Below are positions 9,065 to 18,601 of a stretch of 62,056 nt of DNA, one piece after another (position 1 is the stretch's first letter; every line of letters begins with the position of its first letter). The notes beneath the pieces are model-generated. The model was not told the DNA's origin. It saw only the letters and a program-made list of their open reading frames with translations, and did not search any database. Source of the stretch: Deltaproteobacteria bacterium (GTDB lineage: Bacteria; Myxococcota_A; UBA9160; UBA6930); NCBI GenBank assembly GCA_031387905.1, contig JANNDT010000208.1:1-62056 (forward strand), in the 5' to 3' direction. The translations under genes were made by a program, and so were the position numbers.

Positions 9065-10354
9065 CTACTGGCCGAGTTGGACGAGGTTTGCGAGCAGCTC
9101 GTTGGTGGTGGAGATGGTGCGCGTGTTCGCCTGGAACGCGCGCTGCTGAAGGATCAAGCGCACGAACTGGGCCGCCAGGTCGACGTTCGACTGCTCGATG
9201 GCGCTCGCGCGGATCGACCCGAACTGGCTCGTGCGCGGGTTCCCGATCAGCGGCTGGCCGGATTCGCGCGTCTCGCCCCAGTTGTTATTTCCGATGGAGC
9301 GCAGCCCCTCGACGGAAGCGAACGAGGCCAGCGCGACCTGTGCGATCGGTCGCGTCTCGCCGTTCGAGAAGGTCGCCGTGACGAAGCCGCTGCGATCGAC
9401 CGCGAGGCTGGTGAGGGTTCCCGGCGGGAAGCCGTCCTGCGTCTTCGAGTTGACGCCGGAGTTCGCCGATCCGAACTGCGTGGTCGGCGTGCCGGTTCCG
9501 GCGCCCGCGATCGGACCGAAGGCGACTGCGACGGGCTGGCTCGCGGCTGCACCGCCGGAGAACTGATAGTTGAGCGGCGAACCGGTCATGCCCGTCAGGT
9601 TGCCCGTGTTGTCGAACGTCAAGGTGCCGGAGCCCTGCACCACCACGGTGTCGTTCGGACCCGCGAGCGGGAGCGTGGTATCCGCCGGCGGCAGCGTCGC
9701 GTTCCAGCTCCAGGTGTTAGAGCCGGTGCGGTTGAAGAAGATCTCCGACTGGTGTGCGTTGCCGAGCGTGTCGTAGAGCGACATGCCGACCTGGAAATTG
9801 GTCGAGCCGTTCGTGTTGGCGGGATCGAAGGCAAGGATCTGCGCGTTCGCGTCGAGGTTCAGCGACAGCTGCATCGTCGAGCTCGCGCGCGGCGGAGAGA
9901 CGGCGTTGTTGATCTGAATGTCTCCCACCTGGCTCGTCGGCAAGAGCGTCACCGGATCGATCCCGTAGCCCTGTACACGCATGCCGAGCGGATCGGTGAG
10001 CAAACCGTTGCGGTCGAACGAAAATAACCCCGCGCGCGAGTAGCTGCGGCCTTGGACGCCATCCAGGACGAAGAAGCCTTGACCTTCGATCGCCATGTCG
10101 GTGACGCGCGAAGTCGTCTCGAAGCTGCCTTGACTGAAGATCTGGCTGACATTGAGAACGGTTGCGCCCCCGCCGGTTTGCGCGAAGCCGCCGCTGGTGG
10201 CGAGCGATTGGCCGAGCACGTCGGCGAACTCGGCGCGGCGTTCCTTGAAGCCGGGGGTTCCGACGTTGGCGATGTTGTCGCCGATCACCGAGATCGCGGT
10301 CGACGCGGTGTCGAGGCCCGTGACGCTGGCGAACATTGCGCTGGAGAGAGACAT
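9065..10354 (-). CDS. flgE: Flagellar hook protein FlgE
   Basis: 429 aa. The N-terminus is MSLSSAMFASVTGLDTASTAISVIGDNIANVGTPGFK. The C-terminus is IEQSNVDLAAQFVRLILQQRAFQANTRTISTTNELL (flagellar basal-body rod/hook family ends). Confidence 0.9.
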   Translation of the reverse strand: MSLSSAMFASVTGLDTASTAISVIGDNIANVGTPGFKERRAEFADVLGQSLATSGGFAQTGGGATVLNVSQIFSQGSFETTSRVTDMAIEGQGFFVLDGVQGRSYSRAGLFSFDRNGLLTDPLGMRVQGYGIDPVTLLPTSQVGDIQINNAVSPPRASSTMQLSLNLDANAQILAFDPANTNGSTNFQVGMSLYDTLGNAHQSEIFFNRTGSNTWSWNATLPPADTTLPLAGPNDTVVVQGSGTLTFDNTGNLTGMTGSPLNYQFSGGAAASQPVAVAFGPIAGAGTGTPTTQFGSANSGVNSKTQDGFPPGTLTSLAVDRSGFVTATFSNGETRPIAQVALASFASVEGLRSIGNNNWGETRESGQPLIGNPRTSQFGSIRASAIEQSNVDLAAQFVRLILQQRAFQANTRTISTTNELLANLVQLGQ

Positions 10355-10409
10355 GCTTGATTACCTCGTTTGTGATTGAAAAGTTCGACGTGTCGCGATG
10401 CGTGTGGCG

Positions 10410-11057
10410 CTACTCGCGCACTTGGCGGATCTGGCTCACGGGGACGGCGATCGACCCCAACAACAGCGTGGGCGCGCCGTCCGCGAACGTGGCGCCGGTG
10501 ACGCGCGCATCCACCAGCACGCGCGGCGCCATCGAGCCGCCTGCGGGCGTCGCCGAGAGCGTGTAGACGCCCGGCGGCGGCGGCGCGCCGCCGAGAGCGG
10601 ACCACGGCACCTGCGTGCGTCCGGCCGCGAGATCGCGCGCGCCGAGCCGCGCGACCACGGCGCCGTTCGCATCGCGCAGTTCGGCGCCTAGCAAGCTCGT
10701 GGCGGCGTCCACTTCGAAGCTCAGCTCGGGCGGCGCACCGCTCGCGGGAATCTCGACGCGCGAAGTCTCCGCGGTCACCTGCCGCCCGATCAGCGAAGCC
10801 GCGGACAGCGACTGCGCGGTCGACTGCACTTTCGAAAGCGCGTCGATCGAACTGCGCATGCCGAACAGCTGATCGAGGCTCGAGAACTGCGCGAGCTGCG
10901 CCGTGAACTCGGTGGCGTCCTGTGGATTCAGCGGGTCCTGATTCTCGAGTTGCGCGATCAGCATGCGCAGGAACTCGTTGCGGCCGAGATCTTGCGTGCC
11001 CCCCGTCGCTTGCGCGGCCGAAGCGCTCGTCGTCGCTGTGAGACTCGCGATGTCCAT
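10410..11057 (-). CDS. flgD: Hook capping/assembly protein FlgD
   Basis: 215 aa with LGRNEFLRMLIAQLENQDPLNPQD, the canonical FlgD motif. Confidence 0.9.
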   Translation of the reverse strand: MDIASLTATTSASAAQATGGTQDLGRNEFLRMLIAQLENQDPLNPQDATEFTAQLAQFSSLDQLFGMRSSIDALSKVQSTAQSLSAASLIGRQVTAETSRVEIPASGAPPELSFEVDAATSLLGAELRDANGAVVARLGARDLAAGRTQVPWSALGGAPPPPGVYTLSATPAGGSMAPRVLVDARVTGATFADGAPTLLLGSIAVPVSQIRQVRE

Positions 11058-11066
11058 GAGAACTCC

Positions 11067-12341
11067 TTAGACCCGAAGGTCGATGCTGCCGGCGGGCGCT
11101 TGCCGAAGCTCGGCGGTTCGAGAACTGTTGGGTGCGCGAGTCGGGGTGTTCTCTCGCGAGTTCTCGGGCGAAGCCGCGGCGCGTTCGCGCGTCGGCTCCC
11201 CAGACCCGTGCTCGCTGCGTTCGCGGCTGCCCCCGCCGACGCTGAACTCGTCGACGCGGAAGTCCTTGGCGGCCAGCGCTTCCACCAAGCGCTCGCGGCT
11301 CTCGAGCACGGCTTGCTGCGCGCCGGCTTCCTCTGCGCGCAAGTGCACGTCGACGCGCCTGCCGCGCACACGCACCACGATCTCCAACTCGCCAAGCTCG
11401 GGCGGATCGAGATGCAGGCGCGCGCTGCCGCCTCCCTGCTCGGCGAGCCAAGCGATGCGCTCGAGGATCGGCCCGCTGTTAGGCGCGACGGATTGTTGCG
11501 GGGCCGGTCGCTCGGTCGCGAACGCCGCCGGTGCGGGCGCGCTCTCGACGCGCGGCGCGGCCTCCGAAGTAGCCGTCGTCTCGCGCGGCAAGGGCTCGAC
11601 GCCAAGCTCGGGCACTCGCCTCGGGAGCAGCGCGACGGACGCGCGGCCCAGATCCCTGGAAGACCCCTGAGAAGCGCGCGCGTGCGACTGTGTTTCGCTG
11701 CGCGCTTCGCGCTCGCTTGCAAGTTCCGGCTTGGACTCGATCGTGGCCGCGCTCGCAGCGGGCTGCGCACCAATCGCCTCCACTTCTGCGGGCGCGCTCT
11801 CGCTCGGGGTCCTCTCACTCGGGGTCGGCCGTGTCGAGGCGCTGTTCGCCTGCTCGCTCGCGGCTTTCGCGACCTCGCTCGCTGTCGCGGGCTCGCGTCC
11901 GAGCGCGGCGGCGGAGTCGTCGCGCACTTCGCCAGCCAGCGGCTGCGGCGAGGGCAAGAGCTGCGCTGGTGCGGCGGCGGCGGGTAGAGCCGGTGCAGTC
12001 GGGGGTGCTGGCGCGGCGGCTGGCGCCGGTACAACGGGAAGCCCCGCTGTCGCGGAGGTCGTGGCGAGCGCAGCGTCGGAAACCGGCGGCGCGACGGCTA
12101 GCCCGCCGAACTCGCGCGCGAGCGCCTCGGCGCTCTCGACGAGGTCGGCCGAGTTTTCCAGCGCGTCCGCTTCCTCTGCTGCGGTCGGCGCTTCGACCGC
12201 TGCCGGTGCGGGCTGCAGCGGTGCGCTGCCGAGCTGCGCGAACAGCGCCGCGATCAACGCGCCGAAGGCCGGCGAATCGAGCGGTCGCGCCTCGCGAAGC
12301 CGGGGGCTCGGCGAGGCCTCGCTGGAGACGATCGAGATCAT
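11067..12341 (-). CDS. fliK: Hook-length control protein FliK
   Basis: Start trimmed to ATG 12341 (MISIVSS...), which overlaps the upstream stop as ATGA. It has an Ala/Pro-rich linker and a C-terminal Flg_hook-like segment LHLDPPELGELEIVVRVRGRRVDVHLRAEEAGAQQAV. Position between fliJ and flgD supports the call. Confidence 0.7.
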   Translation of the reverse strand: MISIVSSEASPSPRLREARPLDSPAFGALIAALFAQLGSAPLQPAPAAVEAPTAAEEADALENSADLVESAEALAREFGGLAVAPPVSDAALATTSATAGLPVVPAPAAAPAPPTAPALPAAAAPAQLLPSPQPLAGEVRDDSAAALGREPATASEVAKAASEQANSASTRPTPSERTPSESAPAEVEAIGAQPAASAATIESKPELASEREARSETQSHARASQGSSRDLGRASVALLPRRVPELGVEPLPRETTATSEAAPRVESAPAPAAFATERPAPQQSVAPNSGPILERIAWLAEQGGGSARLHLDPPELGELEIVVRVRGRRVDVHLRAEEAGAQQAVLESRERLVEALAAKDFRVDEFSVGGGSRERSEHGSGEPTRERAAASPENSRENTPTRAPNSSRTAELRQAPAGSIDLRV

Positions 12342-13264
12342 GGGCTGAGCTCCGCGGCCGAAGGGTCGGCGTCGCTGCGGAGCGCGAGCGGATGCGCGAC
12401 GAGCCAACTCATCGCGAGCGCGCGCTCTGGTGTTAGGAACGGAAGCAGGGCCGCACTCTGATCGGGCTTCATCTTGGCCACGATGCGCGTCGCTAGCGAG
12501 AGCTCGAGTCTGCCGAGCAGCGGAGCGGCGGCGCGCGGCGGCATCTCCGCGTAAACCCGCGCGAGCCTTGCGATCGACTTGTCGCCCTGCTCGGCCTTCC
12601 AAGCCGCGATGCGCTGCTCGACAGTGCCGACGAGCGTGCGCGCCTCGGCCAGACGCGCCTCGGCCAAGCGCTCGAGTTCCTTCGCATGCCGTTCGCGATC
12701 GGCGACGGCCAGTTCGCGCCGGTCGAGTTCGGCATTCCGCGCGCGCAGCTCGGCGAGCAACGGAACCACCGCCGGATCGGGCTCGTTCGCGCGCGCGGGC
12801 GCGGCTGCGAACGCAAGCAGGAGGAACAGCGCGGGCAGCGCGCGACGAATCGCTTCCGCAGCGTCTTCGAGGCGGCGCTGGAGCGCGCGCCGCTGTTCGT
12901 TTCGCTCGCGCTGTGCAAGGCGCGCGGCGAGCTTGTCGAACACGCGCAGCGAGCGCTCGGCTGCGAACGCGCTGGAGCGCGCCTCGGCGAGGCGCTGCTC
13001 GGCCTCAGCCACCTGCTTCAGCTCGTGCTGCGCCGTCTCGGAGAGCCGCGATGCACCGCTCGAAGCCGAACTCCACCACTGGCCCGGCCGGCCTGCGCGC
13101 TCCGCTTCGGCGCGCACGGCCGCGGCTGCGGCAGCACGCAGCTCCGCTTCGTCGCTGCGTGCAGCGGCCTTCTCGAACGCGAGCGTCGCGCCGGCTACCG
13201 CGTGCAGCGCGCGATCTCTCTCCGCCTTACGCAGGCGCTGGAGCGTTCGCAGCCCGTGCTTCAT
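12338..13264 (-). CDS. fliJ: FliJ fused in frame to a YlxF/MotE-like (MgtE_N-type) secreted or membrane-anchored domain
   Basis: The ATG at 13264 overlaps the fliI stop (ATGA). The first ~140 aa are a FliJ-like coiled coil (AERSLRVFDKLAARLAQRERNEQRRALQRRLEDAAE). A hydrophobic segment LPALFLLLAFAAAPARA follows, then IARLARVYAEMPPRAAAPLLGRLELSLATRIVAKMKPDQSAALL. There is no stop codon between the two parts. Confidence 0.65.
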   Translation of the reverse strand: MKHGLRTLQRLRKAERDRALHAVAGATLAFEKAAARSDEAELRAAAAAAVRAEAERAGRPGQWWSSASSGASRLSETAQHELKQVAEAEQRLAEARSSAFAAERSLRVFDKLAARLAQRERNEQRRALQRRLEDAAEAIRRALPALFLLLAFAAAPARANEPDPAVVPLLAELRARNAELDRRELAVADRERHAKELERLAEARLAEARTLVGTVEQRIAAWKAEQGDKSIARLARVYAEMPPRAAAPLLGRLELSLATRIVAKMKPDQSAALLPFLTPERALAMSWLVAHPLALRSDADPSAAELSP

Positions 13265-14589
13265 GCGCTCTCCGTTTCGAGGGCAGTGCGCAGCGCGGCG
13301 AGGCTTTCGTGCAGGCTCGCGTGCTCGCCCCGCGGCTGGCTCATGAACGCGCGGATACGCGGCGCGAGCTTCAGCGCCTGATCGATGCGCGGATCGCTGC
13401 CGGGGCGGTACGCGCCGACGCTGACGAGATCTTCGACGTCGGCCTCGCGCGCGAGCGCCGCCCGCGCGCGCATTGCGAGCGCGAGCCCGTCGGCGTGCAT
13501 CACGTCCGGCATCACGCGGGAAATGCTCGCGAGCAAGTCGATCGCGGGAAACTGGCTGCGCTCCGCGAGCCGCCGCGAGAGCACGATGTGGCCGTCGAGG
13601 AAAGACCGACAGGCGTCGGCGATCGGATCTTCGGGATCGTCCGCCTCCACCAGCACCGTGTAGATCCCCGTAATACTGCCTGCGCCCTCGCCGTTGCCGG
13701 CGCGCTCGAGCAGCTGCGGCAGCGCGCTCCACACCGAAGGCGGGAAGCCGCGCGTCGCGGGCGGCTCGCCAGCGGCGAGACCGATCTCGCGCTGGGCGGC
13801 GGCGAAGCGCGAGAGCGAGTCGACCAGTAACAACACCTGGCGGCCCGCGTCGCGCAGGCTCTGGGCGAGCTCGGTCGCGAGCCAGGCGGCGCGGCGGCGC
13901 AGCGCGGGCGTCTCGTCGCTGGTCGCGGCGACGATCACGGAGCGCGAGAGCGCGGCGCCGAGATCGCGTTCGATGAACTCGCGCACTTCGCGCCCGCGCT
14001 CACCGATCAGCCCGATCACGATGCAATCTGCGTTGCAGCCCTGGGCGATCTGACCCAGCAACGTGGATTTTCCGACGCCCGAGCCGGCGAACAGGCCGAG
14101 CCTCGAGCCCACGCCGACCGTGAGCAGCGCGTTGAGCGCGCGAATCCCGAGGTCGAGAGGCTGCTCGATGCGGCGTCGGCGCAGCGGGCTTGTGATCTGC
14201 GCACGCCGGCTGAACGCGGCGCGCGGCAGCGCGGGCCCGCCGTCGACCGGGCGCCCGAGGCCATCGATCACGCGACCGAGGCAGCCCGGCCCGCTGAGCG
14301 GGCGAGCGTGCTCTACGGAAAGCTGAACGCGCGCTCCGGCGCGCAGGCCTTCCGGCGCCGCGAGCGGCAGTAACAAGCACTGCGAGTCGTCGAAGCCCAC
14401 CACTTCGGCGGCGAGGCCGTGCGCGCTGCCGTCCGCCACGTTGACGAGCGCACCGACTGGCGCCTCGAGACCCGCGACGCGCATGGCCGAGCCGACCAGG
14501 GCGGTCACCCGGCCGCTCGCGCTGTAAGGCCGCGCACGTTCGACGGCAGCGCGCGAGCGCGCGAAAAAGTTCGCGAGCGGAGCGCTCAC
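13261..14589 (-). CDS. fliI: Flagellar export ATPase FliI
   Basis: Walker A GSGVGKSTLL and Walker B VLLLVDSLSRFA, F1/T3SS-ATPase-like throughout. The start is set to GTG 14589, which overlaps the fliH stop (GTGA). The ORF is open up to 14658. Confidence 0.9.
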   Translation of the reverse strand: MSAPLANFFARSRAAVERARPYSASGRVTALVGSAMRVAGLEAPVGALVNVADGSAHGLAAEVVGFDDSQCLLLPLAAPEGLRAGARVQLSVEHARPLSGPGCLGRVIDGLGRPVDGGPALPRAAFSRRAQITSPLRRRRIEQPLDLGIRALNALLTVGVGSRLGLFAGSGVGKSTLLGQIAQGCNADCIVIGLIGERGREVREFIERDLGAALSRSVIVAATSDETPALRRRAAWLATELAQSLRDAGRQVLLLVDSLSRFAAAQREIGLAAGEPPATRGFPPSVWSALPQLLERAGNGEGAGSITGIYTVLVEADDPEDPIADACRSFLDGHIVLSRRLAERSQFPAIDLLASISRVMPDVMHADGLALAMRARAALAREADVEDLVSVGAYRPGSDPRIDQALKLAPRIRAFMSQPRGEHASLHESLAALRTALETESA

Positions 14590-15257
14590 GACGCCGCCTC
14601 CAGCTCGCACGCGCTGCTTTCGGCTGCCGCCCGGATGCGCGCGACGATGCTCTGCCAACGCAGTTCGAGGCTCGCCGCGCCCGCTTCCAATGAGACCTCA
14701 CCGCGCGCGAGCGTGGCGTCGGCGCGCAGCGCGAGCGAGTTGCGCTGGGCGAAATCCGCCAGCGCTTCTGCTCCGCCGTCGCGCAGCGTCGTCAGATCGT
14801 CGGGCGCGAGCGCGAGCGAACGCACCGCCGCGGGTGGAAGCGCGCGCAGCGCCTCCTCGAGGCATGGCGCGAGCCGCGCGATCTCGCTGGCTGCGACGGC
14901 GCCGAGCACGCGCTCGGCGATTGCGGCGGCCACATCCAAGCTGCCGCGGCCCAGGGCTGCCAACGCCTCATTGTCTGCGTCGCGGGAGCTGGCGAGCGCT
15001 TGCTCGATCTGGGCGAGCGTCGCGCCTACCTCGGCGGCGAGCTCTGCTCGCGCCTGGGCGGCGCCCTGCACGCGGCCTTGCTCGAAGGCTTCGGCGATGC
15101 GCTGCTCGGCGCTCGGCGCCGCGAGCACGTCCGCGCTGCTCACTCGGGCCGAGGGCTGGCTGCGCGCAGCGCCGCACGCGAGCGGCAGTTCGACGAACTC
15201 CGCGCCGCCCGCTTCGCCAGCCAGTGCAACGAACAGCCGCGGTTCAGACGAGAACAT
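14586..15257 (-). CDS. fliH: Flagellar export protein FliH
   Basis: 223 aa, Ala/Glu-rich coiled N-half with EQRIAEAFEQGRVQGAAQARAE. It lies between fliG and fliI. Confidence 0.75.
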   Translation of the reverse strand: MFSSEPRLFVALAGEAGGAEFVELPLACGAARSQPSARVSSADVLAAPSAEQRIAEAFEQGRVQGAAQARAELAAEVGATLAQIEQALASSRDADNEALAALGRGSLDVAAAIAERVLGAVAASEIARLAPCLEEALRALPPAAVRSLALAPDDLTTLRDGGAEALADFAQRNSLALRADATLARGEVSLEAGAASLELRWQSIVARIRAAAESSACELEAAS

Positions 15258-16251
15258 CGCCGCCGCCTCCGCCCTGATCGAGTGTTAGGCGGCCTTCCGC
15301 TTCGAGGCGGCGCGCTGTCTCGACGATCTCTTCTTGCACGCGCTCGACTTCGGAGAGCCGCATCGGCCCGAGCAACTCGATCTCTTCCTGGATCTGCTCG
15401 GCCGCGCGCGTCGAGAGGTTCGAGTAGACCTTCGCGCGCATCTCGTCGGAGGCGGCCTTCAGCGCCACGGCCAGGCTCTGCGTGTTCACCTCGCGCAGCA
15501 GCGCCTGGAAACCGCGCTTATCGACGCCTGTTAGGTCGTCGAAGCTGAGCATGCGCTTGCGGATCGACGTCGCGGTCTCGGAATCCCTGGCGCCGACTTC
15601 TTCGAGGATCGCGGCGCCGGCCGTTTTTTCCACGCGATTCAGCATTTGGGCCGCAGCCTTCGGGCCGCCGACGCGCGTAGTCGGCACGGGCCGGCGGTCG
15701 AACAGCTCGGCGACCCCGACCTCGAGGCTCGCCATCACGTCGTTCGAGACGGAATCGAGATTCGCGAGGCGCAAGATCACGTCGGAGCGCAGCTCCTCTG
15801 GCAGCGCCTCGATGATCTTCGCGCCGCGCTGCGCGGGCAGCTGCGAGAGCGTCAGCGCGATCGTTTGGGGGTGCTCGGAGGCGATTCGCTCGGCGATGTA
15901 TTCGGGCTGAAAGGCGCGCAGGGTCCAGTCGATGCGCTGTTCGTCGCGGCCGAGGTTCTCGAGGATCTTCGAGGCGCGCCCGTCCCCGCTGACGTGTTGG
16001 AGCAACGCGAGCGCCTGCTTGCGACCGCCCTGGAGGCCGTCTTCGCGCGCCTTGCCCGCGGCATCCTCGAACTCCGCCAGCACTTGTTTCTGCACGCGGC
16101 TCGGGATCGCGTCCATGCGCGAGATGGCAGCGAGCGCTTTCTCGACTTCGTCGTCCTCGAGCTGCGCGAACAGTTCGCGCACTTTGCCGCGAGGCAGCGA
16201 CAGCATCACGATCGCAACCTTCTCGGGACCGCTCAGGGATTCGAAGTCCAT
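15244..16251 (-). CDS. fliG: Flagellar motor switch protein FliG
   Basis: 335 aa with LSGPEKVAIVMLSL, MLSFDDL and C-terminal torque-helix region EVERVQEEIVETARRLEAEGRL. Confidence 0.9.
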   Translation of the reverse strand: MDFESLSGPEKVAIVMLSLPRGKVRELFAQLEDDEVEKALAAISRMDAIPSRVQKQVLAEFEDAAGKAREDGLQGGRKQALALLQHVSGDGRASKILENLGRDEQRIDWTLRAFQPEYIAERIASEHPQTIALTLSQLPAQRGAKIIEALPEELRSDVILRLANLDSVSNDVMASLEVGVAELFDRRPVPTTRVGGPKAAAQMLNRVEKTAGAAILEEVGARDSETATSIRKRMLSFDDLTGVDKRGFQALLREVNTQSLAVALKAASDEMRAKVYSNLSTRAAEQIQEEIELLGPMRLSEVERVQEEIVETARRLEAEGRLTLDQGGGGGDVLV

Positions 16252-16255
16252 GCGG

Positions 16256-17851
16256 TTACGCCTGGCTCAGCCAATTGCGGAGCGCACGCACGCCATCGGC
16301 CGGAGGCATGACCGCGCTGCCGGCATCGAGGACGGACGCGCGTTCGCCAGCGCCGAGCCCTGCACCAGCCTCGGAACTCCCAAGCGCCGCGTAACCGCCC
16401 GCCGGCGCTCCGGCCTGAGAAGTCGACCTCGAGACCGACGCCAAGGCCGGGCGCACGATCAGCCGTGCGAACAACAACAGCGCCAGCGCGACAGCGGCGC
16501 CGCGAACGAGCGACTCGACGATCGGCAGCCAGTCGCGGATCGGGGTCGTCTCTTCTCCGGCGATGAATTGATCCGGCGCGCGGAACGGCGCGCTCGAGAC
16601 CGTAATCAGATCGCCGCGCTTCTCATCGAAGCCGACGGCCTTCCGCGCGAGCTGAGCGAACGCTTCGATCTGCTCGGCGGTCCAGGGCGCCGGCGCGGCA
16701 GCCGGCGGTTCGCCCGCAGCCGCATCTGCCCCTGGCGCGGCCGGGTCGGCGACCAGCACGGCGATCGAGAGGCGCTTCACCTCGCCACGCGGCGTCGAGC
16801 TCGTCAGCACTTTCTTGCTGATCTCATAATTGATCGTCTCGGATTCGCGCGACGAGTTGGTCCCGGCTTCGGCGCCCCCCACCGGGAGCGCACTGGGATC
16901 GTTCGCGATCAGGCCAGGCGCGCCGCCCACGGCCGCACCACCGCCGAGCGCGCCTTCCTGAGAAGTCTCGGTGCTGTGCTGCTCGCTGCGCGCAACCTGA
17001 GACTCGGGATCGAAAACCTCTTCGGTGACCTGGCGCTCGGTCCAGTCCATTTCTGCGCGCACGCGAGCCACCACGTTGCCGGCGCCGAGCGTCTTCGAGA
17101 GCAGCGTTTCGATGCTCTCGGCCAACTGCGCCTCGACGCGCTGCTGGTAGGAGGCGCCGCCTTCCACGCCGGCCAGCTCGCCGTCTTGCCCTTCGCGAGG
17201 CGCGAGCAGCCGGCCGGCGCCGTCCACCAAGGCCACGTTGCGCCTGTCGAGGTTCTCGACGCTCGACGCGACCAGGTGCACGATCGCATCCACCTGATTA
17301 CTCGAGAGTTCGCGACCTGGGCGCAGGCGCACGATCACCGACGCGCGCGCTGGCTCGTCGCGGCTGGCGAGCACGCGGCCGCGCTCGGGCAGCGCGAGCT
17401 GCACGTGCGCGCGCTCGACCGGATCGAGCTGCTCGATCGTGCGCGAGAGTTCGCCTTGGAGCGCGCGCAGGAAGTTCACGCGATGCACGAAATCCGTAAC
17501 ACCAAAGGCCGGGCGGTCGAACAACTCGAAGCCGGCTGCGGAACCGCTCGGCAACCCGCGGCCCGCCAGTCGGATGCGCGCCTCTTGCACTTGCGTCGCG
17601 GGCACCAGCACGCTCGTACCGGAATCGTCGAGGCGATACGGAATCTTCTCCTGCCCGAGGCCTTCCACCACGCGCGCCGCTTCCTCGGCTTCGAGCCCGC
17701 GGTAGAGCGCCTGATAACTCGGGGCCGAGGCGCCGAGCACGATCCAGGCAAAGAACGCGAGCGAGCCGGCAGACGCGAGAGCCAGCGCGAGCTGCCTGGC
17801 TGGCGAGAGCGCTGCGAGATTCGCGACGAGCTGTCCGAGCGATGCGGCCAT
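16256..17851 (-). CDS. fliF: MS-ring protein FliF
   Basis: 531 aa with an N-terminal TM helix, YRGLEAEEAARVVEGLGQEKIPYRL, RAHVQLALPE, and a second TM helix near the C-terminus. Confidence 0.9.
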   Translation of the reverse strand: MAASLGQLVANLAALSPARQLALALASAGSLAFFAWIVLGASAPSYQALYRGLEAEEAARVVEGLGQEKIPYRLDDSGTSVLVPATQVQEARIRLAGRGLPSGSAAGFELFDRPAFGVTDFVHRVNFLRALQGELSRTIEQLDPVERAHVQLALPERGRVLASRDEPARASVIVRLRPGRELSSNQVDAIVHLVASSVENLDRRNVALVDGAGRLLAPREGQDGELAGVEGGASYQQRVEAQLAESIETLLSKTLGAGNVVARVRAEMDWTERQVTEEVFDPESQVARSEQHSTETSQEGALGGGAAVGGAPGLIANDPSALPVGGAEAGTNSSRESETINYEISKKVLTSSTPRGEVKRLSIAVLVADPAAPGADAAAGEPPAAAPAPWTAEQIEAFAQLARKAVGFDEKRGDLITVSSAPFRAPDQFIAGEETTPIRDWLPIVESLVRGAAVALALLLFARLIVRPALASVSRSTSQAGAPAGGYAALGSSEAGAGLGAGERASVLDAGSAVMPPADGVRALRNWLSQA

Positions 17852-17860
17852 TCGAGCTCC

Positions 17861-18163
17861 TCAGAGGGGAAGGCGCAGAACCTCTTGCAGACTCTCGAGC
17901 GCGCGATTGCGCAGCGTGACGAGGTGGCGCAGCGTGAGATCCGCCTTGCTGAGCGCGACCATCGCGTCGAGCGTGTCGATCTCGCCTGTCGCGAATTGGC
18001 TGGCCGCGCGCTCGCCCGCGACGAGCTCGCGGTTCGCGCCGTCGAGAGCGGCTGCCAGCTTGTCGCCGAAACCCTGCCCCGCGCCCGAGGCGGGCTGCAG
18101 CTGCGTAGGCGACGGGGCGGCGATGGGCCGAGCGGAGAGTGCCATTAGGCGTACGTCGTTCAT
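17861..18163 (-). CDS. fliE: Hook-basal body complex protein FliE
   Basis: Start trimmed to ATG 18163 (100 aa), which overlaps the flgC stop (ATGA). Motif GEIDTLDAMVALSKADLTLRHLVTLRNRALESLQEV. Confidence 0.85.
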   Translation of the reverse strand: MNDVRLMALSARPIAAPSPTQLQPASGAGQGFGDKLAAALDGANRELVAGERAASQFATGEIDTLDAMVALSKADLTLRHLVTLRNRALESLQEVLRLPL

Positions 18164-18591
18164 CCGACGCGCCCGATGCCGAGGGTGGCTTGCGCCATCT
18201 CGCGGACTTTTCGGAGTACCGCCAGGTTCGCCTCGAATGAGCGGCTCGCGGAGAGCAGGTTCGTGACCTCCTCCACCACGTTCACGTTCGGTAAAGCAAG
18301 GTTGCCGTTCGCGTCGGCGTCGGGATGGCTCGGGTCGTAGCGAAGTGTGGGCGGGCGCGGATCGAACGCGACGCCGCGCAGCGACACTTGCTGAAAGGAG
18401 CGCGTGAGCGCGTCGGCAAAGGGGCCACCGCTCGGGGTCGTGCCAAAGACCGGATCGCGCCTGCGATACGGCCCGCCTTCCGGCGTGCGCGTGGTTTCGG
18501 CGTTCGCGAGGTTGGACGCGGTCGCGGCCATGCGCGCGCGTTGAGCAATTAGGCCGGAGACGGCCAGGTCGCTGATGTCGCCGAGTTTCAT
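18160..18591 (-). CDS. flgC: Proximal rod protein FlgC
   Basis: Start trimmed to ATG 18591 (143 aa). Motifs SGLIAQRARMAATASNLANAETTRT and LPNVNVVEEVTNLLSASRSFEANL. Confidence 0.9.
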   Translation of the reverse strand: MKLGDISDLAVSGLIAQRARMAATASNLANAETTRTPEGGPYRRRDPVFGTTPSGGPFADALTRSFQQVSLRGVAFDPRPPTLRYDPSHPDADANGNLALPNVNVVEEVTNLLSASRSFEANLAVLRKVREMAQATLGIGRVG

Positions 18592-18601
18592 GCAAGCCCC
18601 C

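Noticed and set aside
15932-18148. 738-aa plus-strand ORF across fliG, fliF and fliE
   Set aside because: It is antisense to three unmistakable flagellar genes. Its composition is Arg-rich GC-frame noise.
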